This document shows, in pieces, positions 27,014 to 38,585 of a stretch of 64,000 bases of DNA. The DNA is from Vicugna vicugna (taxonomy: Eukaryota), in contig MU058636.1 in assembly GCA_013265495.1 (NCBI GenBank), positions 3,521,967 to 3,585,966 of the forward strand, written 5' to 3'. The notes under the pieces are model-generated. The model saw only the letters and a list, made by a program, of their open reading frames with translations, did not search any database and was not told the DNA's origin. Each line of letters starts with the position of its first letter. Position 1 is the first letter of the stretch. The position numbers and the translations under genes were made by a program.

Positions 27014-29388
27014 ATAATATATACCAATTTAACTGGTTGAAATTGTAACTTTATAACCTCTCATTTAGGTATTAAAAAATCACAGCATGTTGAGGCAATG
27101 TAAAGTAGTAAAAAAAAAATTCACTAATACCTGAGTACCACTGAGGGCAGAAAATCTCTCTCATATCCCACATGAAGCTTCCTTCAGGTAATATTAATGG
27201 CTGACTTCCCTCTAGGGGAAGTCTCACTGACTCCTCCCTAGGATAGGAGGGAGTAACTGGTCTGATAACAAGTCTGAGAGAAGGAATTCTGAGGCTCAGC
27301 TACTTCTTCCCTCCTTTCCATCTGGGATTTGTCTGACTCAGAACAGAGTCATCTGTTCTGGTCTGCTCTCTGTCACACAGTAAATGCAATGGGACAAGCT
27401 CTATTCTTGTAGATGGGAAACTGGAGGTTTAAATCTGCCTAAGTCTGGAGTGCAACCCTAGGAAGCTCACTGTTGCTGCAAATCTCAGCCACATTTTCCA
27501 TACAACTTCTTTGGTAATTAAAATTACATTTGAATGTTCATCTGTCTGGCTTTTGTGTCTTATTTCTTAACTGGATCCAAACTTCAAGAGAGAGGGGAAA
27601 AAAAAGGGCACCTTATCAACCTCAAGATTAAGTACAAACTACTATTTGGGTATTTTGTGCCCTTGTGGAGTTTACAGTCTTTTGGGATATAAACTAAAAC
27701 ACCTGAATGGTTACATAATAATATAAGAATTACCTAACAAATATAGACTACATGAAGCAAATAATTATTACCAGTTAGGAAATTATGATCATCTGTGAGA
27801 ATCAGAAAATCTGAAGAAGAAAGGTAAAAACACAGATACCCTGATCCTCCAATGCCAAACCCATAAAATGGGACCCAAGCAATTGAATTTTTAGTAAGTT
27901 CTCAATATAATGTTAATCCACATCTAAGAACCCAAGACACACATGGTGAGTGCAATGACTTTGGAAGAAAGGAGAATGTAATGAGCTAGCAAAGGAAAGA
28001 GTATAGCAAACAGAACTTGAAGCAAACTTCGAAGGACATGCAGGGTTTAGATGAGGAGGCAGAGGATGAGGAGGAACCAACATTTGCTGAGGGCTTATTA
28101 ACTACCAGACACTTTACATATCACCTTATTTAAGACAATTTCAATTTATATGTGGAAAAACTGAGACTCAGATTAAATAATTTGCCTGAGGCCACAAAAC
28201 TAGTTAAATGACAGAAAGGGATTAGTAGATATTTTCAATTTAAAGATGAAATTGAGCCTCTGGGAGGTAAAATATTTTGTCAAAAGTAACAAAATTGGAA
28301 AGTGGTAGAACTGTAATTAATAGATGGCCAAGCTGAAATCAGGGCTGTGAATCTAAAGGCTAAGTGTCCTTTTTTTTTTTTTTTTAAATAAGTGGCGAAG
28401 GTGAAGGTCTATATTGGATCAGATAAACATACAAAAGTAGGAAAACAAAAGCAAATTATAAAAATAAATCATATTAGATCATTACAAAATAAACCTCATT
28501 TTAACTTGTGATGCAGCCAGAGAACCATATATTAAGGACCACTGATGGCTTAAAAACCACTCAAAAATAACTTTTTAATCATTACGGTTTTGTCTCAATT
28601 GATTAGTTTACTAAATAATTACTAACTGCCATTAGCAGTTAAACCCAACTGTTAGAGTGAACCGATGACTCAGTAACTAGTTGGAAAGCACCAACCTATT
28701 CAAAATAGTCAAATTAATTTTATGGTTAGCCTCAATTTAGAAGTGTAATGTTAAGGTCAGAGTAATTTTATTTATAACTGAAATTTTTAAAGACTGCTTT
28801 ATGACAATGTTTTAAAAGACTTCTTTATTGCCTATGTTACTACTTTAAGTACTTTTTAAAAGTGAAACTGCACATTTATTCATCTTTATTCATCTTTATT
28901 CTTCATGCATAGGGACTTCAGTTCAATTTTTCTATTTTTGAGAACAAAATCAAAATTCAACTCCTTGAGGCCCTTCCTATAATTAAAATTAACTACTTTT
29001 TCTTCATTGCTGCTACACTACATTACTTGTACAACTCTACTTAGCATTTATTTCATTTTACCTTGTATGAAAGCTATTTGTTTACAGATGTTTCTGCTTC
29101 TCTTTAGGGATAAAGACAATGCATTATTCACCTTTGTATTCACCCAGCATTTGGCACAGTTCCTTGCACATTCAATAAAAGCTTGTTGACGAGTAAGTTA
29201 ATATTTTTCTCAGTAAGAGGAGCACATACATTACATGTACATTTTCCAAACCAACACTGAACTAACAAAGAACATGGGGAAATATGCTGTTGAAAACATA
29301 CCATTTTAAGAGTAGGTTTGGTCAGCCACATAAATTGGGAACCACCAAGATCATTCACTCATCAACAAATATGTACTATGTACCATGC

Positions 29389-29451
29389 TATATATATATA
29401 TAGAAAAACTGAGGCTCTTTATACATCATTTATATATATATAATATATATA
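29389..29451. repeat. Interrupted (TA)n microsatellites
   Basis: Two TA runs (29389-29402 and ~29431-29451). Confidence 0.8.
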
Positions 29452-30959
29452 TTGTACACATAAACATGAAACAAAATAGATGTAGTCCTTGCCCTCACAA
29501 AGCTCACACCCAGTAGGAAGATGGATAGTAAGAAATATATATATGCTATGAAGAAAACAAACAGCAAGTGATAATAAAATATTAGAGTTGGGGTGGAGGG
29601 TAAAGAGCTGCTCAGGTAGGGTAGACAGCTTGACAAGCGAAATTTAAGCTGAAACCAAGGATAAGACTCGGTTATACAAAACAACAGTCAGTAGTAAAGG
29701 CCCTAAAGATGTGCGTGGGGGTCATGTGCTGCAATGCCAGTTTCAGGGGCATATAGTTATAGCACATTTCTCAATCTTCTATTTTTCAGTTCTTTTGCTA
29801 TTGTTTCTATCACCATTTCTCCTTTTCTGATGGTTTAGATGTTCCTAGCTAAATTAAATGATGGCATTAACTACGGGGAATGTAAGATTCCTTCCAAATA
29901 ATCCTAATTTCCTTTTGGTCCTTTTGACTGATAAATTCATCTCAAAGTGACAACTCTGTCCCAATTAAGAAAGAGTGTTTCTCTGTATCAGCTTTAATTT
30001 TTTGATTTGGAGCCCTTCTGATTGCTAATCAACATGCTATGTGATTACTTCAACAATTACTTATAGAATGTTATTTCGTCATCAGAAAAATCCACTGCTG
30101 CTTTTGGAACTCTATGTTGTTCTAGAGTCTACGCAGAGTAAAGGTACCTAAAGCAGACCCTAATCACTGGGCAATCTCAGATCTACTGGAGTACATGTTA
30201 AATTAGGAGCAAATGACATACTGGAAAGAGTCCTGGATTAGAAATTAGAAGATGTGGATTCTAGTCCCAGATCTGCCACTTTGTTATGTAAATTTGAGTA
30301 AATTGTTTACTTCTTTTAGGCTTAATCTTCTCATTGATAAAGGGGGAATATATAAATGTTGCAATTTACACAAATTCAGCTATACGAGCTTAGCAAAAAA
30401 ATTTAAAAGAAAATATCAACTTAAATAGCACTCAAGAAGCATATGCCCTGGAGTGAGCATGAGCTGGAAAGCACACATCTGTTGTTACATCAAACAGGCT
30501 CAGCTTTTACATGCCTCTCACTGAAAATCCTACTCAGCTGTATGACTTTAGTGTTTAAAATATATATATTTGTTGTTGTTGTTTGTTTGTTTAGGGCAAG
30601 TTCCTTACACATAATCCACTTGTTTTATCTAGGGCACAAGAAGCTCAAATGAAGAAACGGTGATTCAAGTGATGCAATTTATCTCATGTTTACTTTAGAA
30701 CCAAATAGGACATTGAGTCTATTATACCACCATATTATACTGCCACAGGGAACACTAAGTCAAAGTTGATGGAACCCTAGAAATATCCTTTTGAGATTAA
30801 TCAGTACATCCAGATTTATCAATTTTTTACATGATTAGTTACTAAATAACATTTTATGAATGATATCTCTATCCCAAAAGAACTGTATCACTGTTTAGGG
30901 CATAGTTATATTCACATATGTGGAAAATGATGTATAAAGTTACTCATTACATAATGCTC

Positions 30960-31350
30960 TTAATAAGATCAGACAAAAACCTAAATGTCTAAAAAGAGAG
31001 GACTGATGAAATGATACATTATATGATGGAATATTATGCAACCATAAAAAGTATAAGGAAACACTATACATAATGACATACAGAACTTTTAAGATAAATG
31101 AAAAAACAAGGTACATAAACTATGCACAGTATGTACTGTTTATGTAAAAAAAGAGAAATAAAACATATATACATACTTATTTGCTTGAAAATGCATACAT
31201 TTTTAGGGGAAAAATTATACAGGAAATTGTTAGCACTGGCTGTTTCCTAGGTAAGGAACTGGGTGGCTGAGGGACAGGTGTGGAAGGAAGACTTTTCACT
31301 GTGTATTCTTTCTTTACCTTTTGAATTTCAAACCATGTGAATGTATTACC
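30960..31350 (+). mobile_element. L1ME-type 3' end
   Basis: aacctaaatgtc...atggaatattatgcaaccataaaaag...ggaagacttttcactgtgta...tttgaatttcaaaccatgtgaatgtattacct. Confidence 0.7.
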
Positions 31351-31984
31351 TAACCCAAAAGAAAACACATTAAGATCAGCAAGAAAGTAGTTTGCAATGA
31401 AACAGGATCACATTCTTAATGGAAAACATTTCTAAAAAGTAGGCATATCTCTCAGGGTAAATACCAATAGGTAGAATGTTAGAACTATCAGGGACCTTCC
31501 TTAAATGCTCCATCTATCCCAAACTTCTCACTGTATCTGTGAGATCTGTAAACTGAGGCCTTCAAAATTTGGTGATGTGTGTAAGGTCGCATGGCAGAAG
31601 AGTTAGGATTAGAAATCAGAAACTCCAACATCTATCCTAGGACTCTTCTTTATCATTTTGTCTTCTCATTTTGTGCCAAGTTAAGTTTAGGCTACATGGT
31701 GAGTTGTCATGTTCTGTCTAAATTTTGGAGTCCAAATTAACGAAATAACCTCAAACCCTCAGACTACTTACGTCTTGTGTGGTCACTATATGGCTATACT
31801 TACAAATAGGCTGTGCATATCTCTATCACTGCACATATTACAGTATGATAAATGCACTTTTTCCTATCCTTCTAACTCAACTGAATTCATTGAGGGCAAG
31901 AACTAAAATGTCTTAAGTTATTTTTTTAAATATGTGAATGTCCAGCACAAGTATACTGCCAAAAATGTTAATATAGGTTCACAT

Positions 31985-32241
31985 TTCTAGGAATTTTAAA
32001 ATGTTACAAAGTACACAAACCATTATGTATACCTCACACACCAGTGGCCAAGGACAGCATCCCATAATCAAACATATTAATATTTCTTCAGCAAAACATA
32101 TGGTACAAATAAATACGATACATGACTTCTCATTAGTTCAGGCCATATTTTACTACCAAATGCATTTTGTCCCCAGGCTTAAAAAGTTTTTGGTTTTCAA
32201 AGTCTTCTGAATGTTGAAATTAGATACAAGATTATAGACTG
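31985..32241. mobile_element. Tigger15a-like DNA transposon fragment
   Basis: gcatcccataatcaaacatattaatatttc...tttttggttttcaaagtcttctgaatgttgaaatt...gattatagactgta. Confidence 0.55.
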
Positions 32242-33989
32242 TACTCACAAAGGTGCTGTAGAAAATATGGTTAGTCACTTCTACTCTCATCTTTTTGATG
32301 AGACCAGAACAAGCAATTATAGCAGGCAGCTTTTATACTCCATGTTTGGGCAGATTTGTTCTGTCACTAAGGAATCCAATCTAGCATAGGGGGGCAAAAC
32401 TTGACATTGCAGGAAGAGGAGAAAAAAATCCTAACTGAACAACACTGTATTTCTACTGTAGCTGCTCAGTAGTTATTATTTTTTTTAAAAAGCTGTATTT
32501 GATTAATCACGTTAGTTTTAAATGAAAACAGGTAAATAAAACTCCTGTCCCAAATTGCTAGCAAAGGTAATGGAAGCAATAAGCTTGAATCCTAGTGGAG
32601 GGCAACTGCACTTTTGGGGGGACCAATGTTCACAGAAAGGCATTCTAAATATATTGGTGAGGAGTAAGCAGAAATGTATACAATTTTCCCAACTTAGGAT
32701 CATTAAAATAAACGAAAGGGGAATTTTCTAGTCAACCTCTCCTGATTGATTGCTCTGTATTAGGACCCTTCCTTTAATATTATAAAGTCTTATATGCCTT
32801 TTCCTACTTTTTATAAGGGGAAAAGCTCTGGAATCTAAACACAGCACACGCTAAAATACACTTTGCTTTCCACACCCCAAGCCCCAGCTCCATTTTGTTT
32901 CTGTTACTTTCACATCATATTTTCCTAGCAAAAAAAGCAAATTTGCACTAAGACTATAAATTAACTCTGCAGACAACGATGTTTGATGTCATTCAGTTTG
33001 GCAATACTGATTTTTCAATCTTAAAATTTTAGCTACATTTTAAAAGAATCAATGATTTTGTTCAACATATGAGGTTAACATTCAGCAAGTGTTTATTACA
33101 AAAAAGTGTATTCCATTCCAAAAATGAAAACAGCAATGGTGAAAAAGAAAAACCTTCTGAGTTTGCGCTACTATTTGATGACGAAATACTACATTCTCAT
33201 ATTTTCATCATAATTCATTAAAATAAGAAAAAAAAAAACCTAACGAGCTAGAGCTCACAACAAATATACCAGCACATTAGTAATCTAGCACAACAACAAA
33301 GCTAAACAAAGACTAACCAGCCTATTTTTCAGTTTGGAGAAAAACAACAAACTCCTTGTTGCATTTCTTGGCTATTTGCATTCAGAAGTACTGAAAACTA
33401 AAATCATTTTCAGTGAAGAATTTCTCCGTATACGGGACTTAACTTCCTCTACACCACCCTAACAAAATTATCAGCATTATTCCAGAATATAATTATTTAG
33501 TTGGAAACCACTTTAAAAAAAAGCCAGTCCAAAATGCCAACGGTGGTTATTCTGTAAAGAAATGGTCAGAAATTACATATTGTTATTCTAAGACACAGAA
33601 CCAACCGAGCGAAGGACTTCTGGAATATGCTGCCCCCAAGATTCAGAATGCAGACTCAGAAATAGCACCCGCGGTCACGATGTCCCTTAAAACACATGAC
33701 CTTCCTACGAAAGCAGAGCCTTAAACTTATAAACTACAGGAGAATTCCCCCTTGCTCTGAAGTTAAAACAAGGCAGGGCAACTGAAATTAGCGCAGCAGG
33801 GACCCCTCGGCTGCTGACTAGTAAGAACGGGTCCTGGAGAGCAAAGTCCCTGTGCTCTGGCTACTCCCCTTACCGTTAGAAGATCTGGGAGGGAGGGAAG
33901 GAGGAGAAACACCCAGAATCCTGGTGGAAAAGCCCCTGGCCTCGCAGATGGGGTTTAGGGAGACGGGGAGGGGCAGCTCCGTGTGTGGT

Positions 33990-34745
33990 GACCCTTTGTG
34001 AACACGCTCTGAGGCAGCTCGGCTCTCACCGAGGGTTTAGGAGAGCGGGCTTTCGGGGCCTTGCGCGGCCCGCCGTCACGGAGACCTTGGCACTACAGGG
34101 AGGCGCCGGCTAAGAGCTTCCCTCTCACCTCGGCCGGCTGGGGAGCCCGTCCCTCCTCGCACGCCCACCCACCCAAGTCACTCAGGGACGCGTCGCCCTC
34201 CGACCCGAGCTCGCGCCACAAGGGCGCAACACGACGCGCGCCACTCTCTTTCCACAGCGTAATCCCTCCGCTGCCGGCCGCGCACTAGTTTTATTCACGC
34301 CCCACCCCCTGGCCGCCGGCGTCACCTCCGCCACTCGAGCGCTTTCCAGCAGCTTCCAGAATCGTCGCCTCCCCAAACCCAGCCACTCACAGACGGCGGG
34401 TCCTGCAGCCACCGGCCCCGCCCCTAGTCGTCGCCGCAGCTGAAACTGCGGCTGCGGCAGCCGGCCGGACACCCCCGCCTCTCTGCGGAGGTCCGCCGGA
34501 AGTGCACCCGTCTTTGCCTTCCCCGAGGTGCTTACGTCCTTTCAGCCTCCGCGCGGAGCAGGAAGGGGAACTCTTTAGCCGCGGACTGAAACCGGAAGCT
34601 GCTTTCCTAGCGGAGGGGCCGGTGGGGGAGGAGTAGGCTGAGGGGAACGTGAGTTGAACGTTGCACTCTGGTGTGGAGCTCAAGCCGGAACGGGAGTTCG
34701 GAGCGACCCGGTGCGAGGAAAGGGAGGGCCCGCGGCAGGTAAGGG
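33990..34745. promoter_or_regulatory. CpG island / TATA-less, probably bidirectional promoter
   Basis: Sharp rise in GC and CpG in an otherwise AT-rich window. ETS/GABP motifs CCGGAAGTG (34496-34504) and ACCGGAAG (34591-34598); GC box GGCCCCGCCCC (34414-34424). Confidence 0.9.
34590..34738 (+). other. USPL1: USPL1 non-coding exon 1 (start approximate)
   Basis: Strong donor CAG|GTAAGG at 34738/34739 at the edge of the CpG island; a second possible donor AAC|GTGAGT at 34648/34649. Exon 2 starts with an acceptor, so an upstream exon is required. Confidence 0.65.
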
Positions 34746-36519
34746 AGAAGACCTAGTAGTGTCTTTCAGCACCCGAAATAGGGAAAAGGGACAGAGTTGG
34801 GGTGACTTATGGAGTAGTCTGCTCTGAAAGGATGGGCTAGGCTGGGAGGGGAAAAAGGGTGGGACTAGGTTCAGGTGGGAAGGCTTGGTGATTAAGGTAT
34901 AAGATATCGTTTGGACTCGAAGAGGTAAATGCTGAAGAGAAACCAGAGTGTTTTTTGTTTTTCCTCCTTATCCCAAGGAGCGTGGAAATGGGGAGAGTTA
35001 ACGGAACCCTGCGTTTCCTCAGGTTTCCAAGGTCGGGTTTTGAAATTGACGTCTGTTGGTCTGTGATTCAGGACAGCTGGATTGGGTACCAGTCAGGGTT
35101 GGGCGCCGAAAGCCGACCCCATTCCTCGGTTTCAAGTCTGTTGTGACCTCGCCTTTGACAGCCCACTTGGTCTTGGAGGGAAAGCTCAAATGGGGTATAA
35201 GGCCTCTTTTGGAACAGCTGATTCTCTGGGTTTCCCCATTTTGCACACGGGACTGTGATTTAAGCTTAATTGCTGCTTTCGCTATTCCAAGGGCCAACTT
35301 TACGCTTTCATTGTGCTGTAACTGGGTCCATACTGGGCTAGTAGTTCACATTTGGGCATTTGGAGCATCAGTGGCCCACGAAAGTAATGAAAGGGGGGGG
35401 GCGCGTCAGAAAAAAAAAAGTGCCGGGGGTGAAGTGGAGGAGAGGAGGCTTAGACTGAAAGCCAGTGGGCTCACAGTGCAATGAGTTTTAGGTCATAGCA
35501 GTACCTCAGGTCATACTGAGATATTTGGACTTTCCTATAATCAGATTGGAATCAATTGACGATTTTAAGCTGAGCAGCAACAGACTCAGGCTTGTTTTAT
35601 AGAAGCCTCATTTTGGCAGTGATACAGAGTGGGGATGGAATGGAAAGAGGTGGGGATTTGACACACTTCCAAAAAAACTGTCCGTAGAATTTGATAACTT
35701 TCACTAAGTAAAAGAGAGAGAAGTAAAAGCGTAGAGAACCACTCAGATTGTCTGGCATGTGTGTTCGAAGGTCGGAGGTGCCAAAATCTAGGCGAGATAC
35801 AAGCAGGAGGAGCAGGTAATTTTTGAAAGGGAGGGCAATGAAGGCAGTCATTTAGGGACAAATTAAGTTGTAAGAATCACCTTAGGGATTTCTACATGGG
35901 ACAAAGTAAATTGTATTTAGAAGACCTGAATAGCCCACTTCTGGTATTTTATTAAGCGAATTTTCTTTTGGGGGGTTCTACATATTCAGGATTTCAACCA
36001 CCAACGTACCTGTTCTTGGTGGGATCAGGAGAGCAGATTTGAAGGCTCCTCATGTTTTACTATTGTAGTTTAGAGAGAAAGGGAGAGAACCAGCCGGAAA
36101 AGTTTTCTTAAGCCCTCAGGCAGATGGAAATTTTCATCAAAAACAATTTATTCATAATACTTAGCTTACCAACTTTTCTTTTGAGAATACTACAGAATGA
36201 TACAAGATGTGCCGAGTATTTTCTGCAAAAAGTATAAAATTAGCACCAAATAGTAGTTAAAATTTACTGCATGTCAGATGCTAAGCATTTTACATTTATT
36301 ATCGCATTTAGTTTTTAGGACAAACCAATTTTACAAATAAATTCTGAACCTAAAGCTCATACTTTTAGCCACTCCGGCACCATAGAAGTTTGACTTTTTC
36401 TATATAGGTCTCCTTTATAAGTAAATTTTAAATAGAACCAGCCAGAGATAACAAATTGGTGTTGTCTGTGAGGAGCTTAAAAAAGAAAGTTAGCACCAAA
36501 CTTGTTTTTACTCTTTTGA

Positions 36520-36742
36520 CAGCGGTTCTCATTGGGACAGTTTTGCCTCCTGGGAAGTAAGGTGGAGGGATGTGGACATTTGGAAACGTCTAGAGACATA
36601 GTCACAACTGAGGGGTGGGTGTCTTGGCTTCCAGCACATAGAGGTTAGTGATGCTGCTAAAGGGCCTCAACACACAGGACAGCCCTCGGAACAAGAATTA
36701 TCGGGTCCAAAATGTCTATGATGCTATTATGGAGAAACCCTG
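36520..36742 (+). mobile_element. MER20 hAT transposon (USPL1 intron 1)
   Basis: cagcggttctca...ggacatttggaaacgtctagagaca...aagaattatcgggtccaaaatgtc...gagaaaccctg. Confidence 0.87.
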
Positions 36743-37843
36743 CTTATGGATATTTCTTTGGGAATAGCAAATTGAGGCTCACTGATACTTTTCTAAAAAA
36801 GCATTTTTGTTTCTGAAATTATCTGTTGGCTTGAAAGCTATGTAAAGTTTATACAGCTGAAACAGTCGCATCGCTAGTTCTGAAGTGAATCTCTGAGGCC
36901 CAGTTTCCTAGGAGGTGGTTGTCGTAGCATCATGGATTAATTGATGTGGGAAAGACTTTTGCTTGAAGTTGTTTCACAGCATTCCTACGAAGTGGTGATT
37001 TACCACTTAAATGCTTAAAGGTCTCTTTTATTTAGTTTCCTTGTATTTTAAATCCATATCTAAACTGCTGTTAACAGTTACTTTTCCTTTACGCTGAACT
37101 TCAGTCTCATAATTTTGACTTTACTGAATGTGATTCTCCTCCATGGGACTACGCTCAAAATGTGCTTGTTACATGTATAATTTGTAATCTGATAGTGTTT
37201 GTGTTTTTGTTCAGTTACAGATTATTTACTTTATAAAGTAGTATTTTGTTGGCAGCTTGTAAAAAGTAGCACTTTTCTCAGTTGGTGATGTATTCTTGGT
37301 AGTTGAAAGCAGTAGAAATGTATGAAATTTTTTTGTCCTTGTCAATAATGACACAATGGATCTGGGTTTTTTTTTTTAAGTACTTTCTTAGTATAATGCT
37401 GACATTTGTTTCAAATTGTGCATAGACTAAAAACTTAGGTTTTCAAACTCTGGTCAATATAGTTCACTTTAAATATTTACTATTTAAATAATAGATACCT
37501 CTGTTACAAGTTTTGATAAAGTTGCTTAGAAATGAGTTTGCTATGAAGACTGGTCCTATTGCCAGTCTATGCCCTTTTCCCACGAATTTGCTAGATATGC
37601 AAATAAATTTAGGTATTTTGTTTTCACTGCAAGATTACAATTCAGAATATGCTTAACCTAGCATATATGGTTGTCAAAATATACTTAATATATACACATC
37701 TCATAAAATAGCACAACTCTTTTTCAAAGTAAATAGGATTTTTATTTAATTGTCTGTTGACTTTTCTTTTTTCCAGGGTTCATTGAAAAATCCTTAGTGA
37801 TATTGACATGTTTCAAGTGAAATAAATTAGCCAGTGACTCGGA

Positions 37844-37942
37844 ATGATGGATTCCCCGAAGATTGGAAATGGTTTGCCAGTGATTGGACCAGGGACTGAT
37901 ATAGGGATATCTTCACTCCACATGGTGGGGTATTTGGGAAAA
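37844..37942 (+). CDS. USPL1: USPL1 exon 2 coding part (exon starts at 37777), aa 1-33
   Basis: Acceptor cttttcttttttccag at 37776; ATG at 37844; MMDSPKIGNGLPVIGPGTDIGISSLHMVGYLGK; donor AAA|GTTAGT, phase 0. Confidence 0.93.
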
Positions 37943-38456
37943 GTTAGTGAACTTATTTTTTGCCTCAGTGCAAAGTTGGTTTGTTCCCTTCTATTTTTGA
38001 GACTTAAATTCAGTTTTAATTTTACCAGTTTCTAAAAAATTGTGTCTTCCACGGAAATCTTACAGTAATGGCGAAAGATTATTTTGTGTTTACCTCTCTA
38101 TGTTTTATTGATACGTGAGAGTAGAAATAAAACATAGACCTTATGGTTTACTATTTGAATATATTGAACATATGTTTTCCCTGGCAGTTGACATTACTTT
38201 TTTTCTTGCAAATAAAACTGATGCTGTTCTTAATACTTAATTTAATATTTGAAACTAGAATATATATATTTTTGGAGCAATAGCTATACTTAAAGCCTGT
38301 ATGCATTTCTTTTATTTGCCATCTTTAAGCTATCTTGCCAGGATACTTCTAGGTGAAAATTGGATATTTTTTTCTGGTTACTTTTCCATTTAACTTTTTG
38401 TAACTAGATACAATCTAGGAATGTCTATATTTTAATATACTTTATTTCTTTTTTAG

Positions 38457-38585
38457 GATTATGATTCAGCTAAAGTCCCGTCAGATGGGTATTGCCCTGC
38501 TTGTAGGGTGAAGGGAAAGTTAAAAGCCCTAAAGACGTACCGAATTAGTTTTCAAGAATCTATCTTTTTGTGTGAGGATCTGCAG
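38457..38585 (+). CDS. USPL1: USPL1 exon 3, aa 34-76
   Basis: Acceptor ttttttag; 129 nt, DYDSAKVPSDGYCPACRVKGKLKALKTYRISFQESIFLCEDLQ; donor CAG|GTAAAG. Confidence 0.95.

Noticed and set aside
435..33000. Many 60-115 aa ORFs upstream of USPL1
   Set aside because: They overlap decayed transposons, often start at non-ATG codons and show no protein similarity; no processed pseudogene was recognised.
35056..35484. 142-aa ORF and neighbouring ORFs around the CpG island
   Set aside because: Mostly non-ATG starts in GC-rich sequence where stops are rare; no recognisable protein.
38021..38137. H/ACA snoRNA reading (AGATTA H box at 38076, ACA at 38132)
   Set aside because: The first hairpin is weak, pocket-to-ACA spacing does not fit the usual 14-15 nt, and the stronger 13-bp stem would bury the ACA. 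A snoGPS/Infernal search would settle it.
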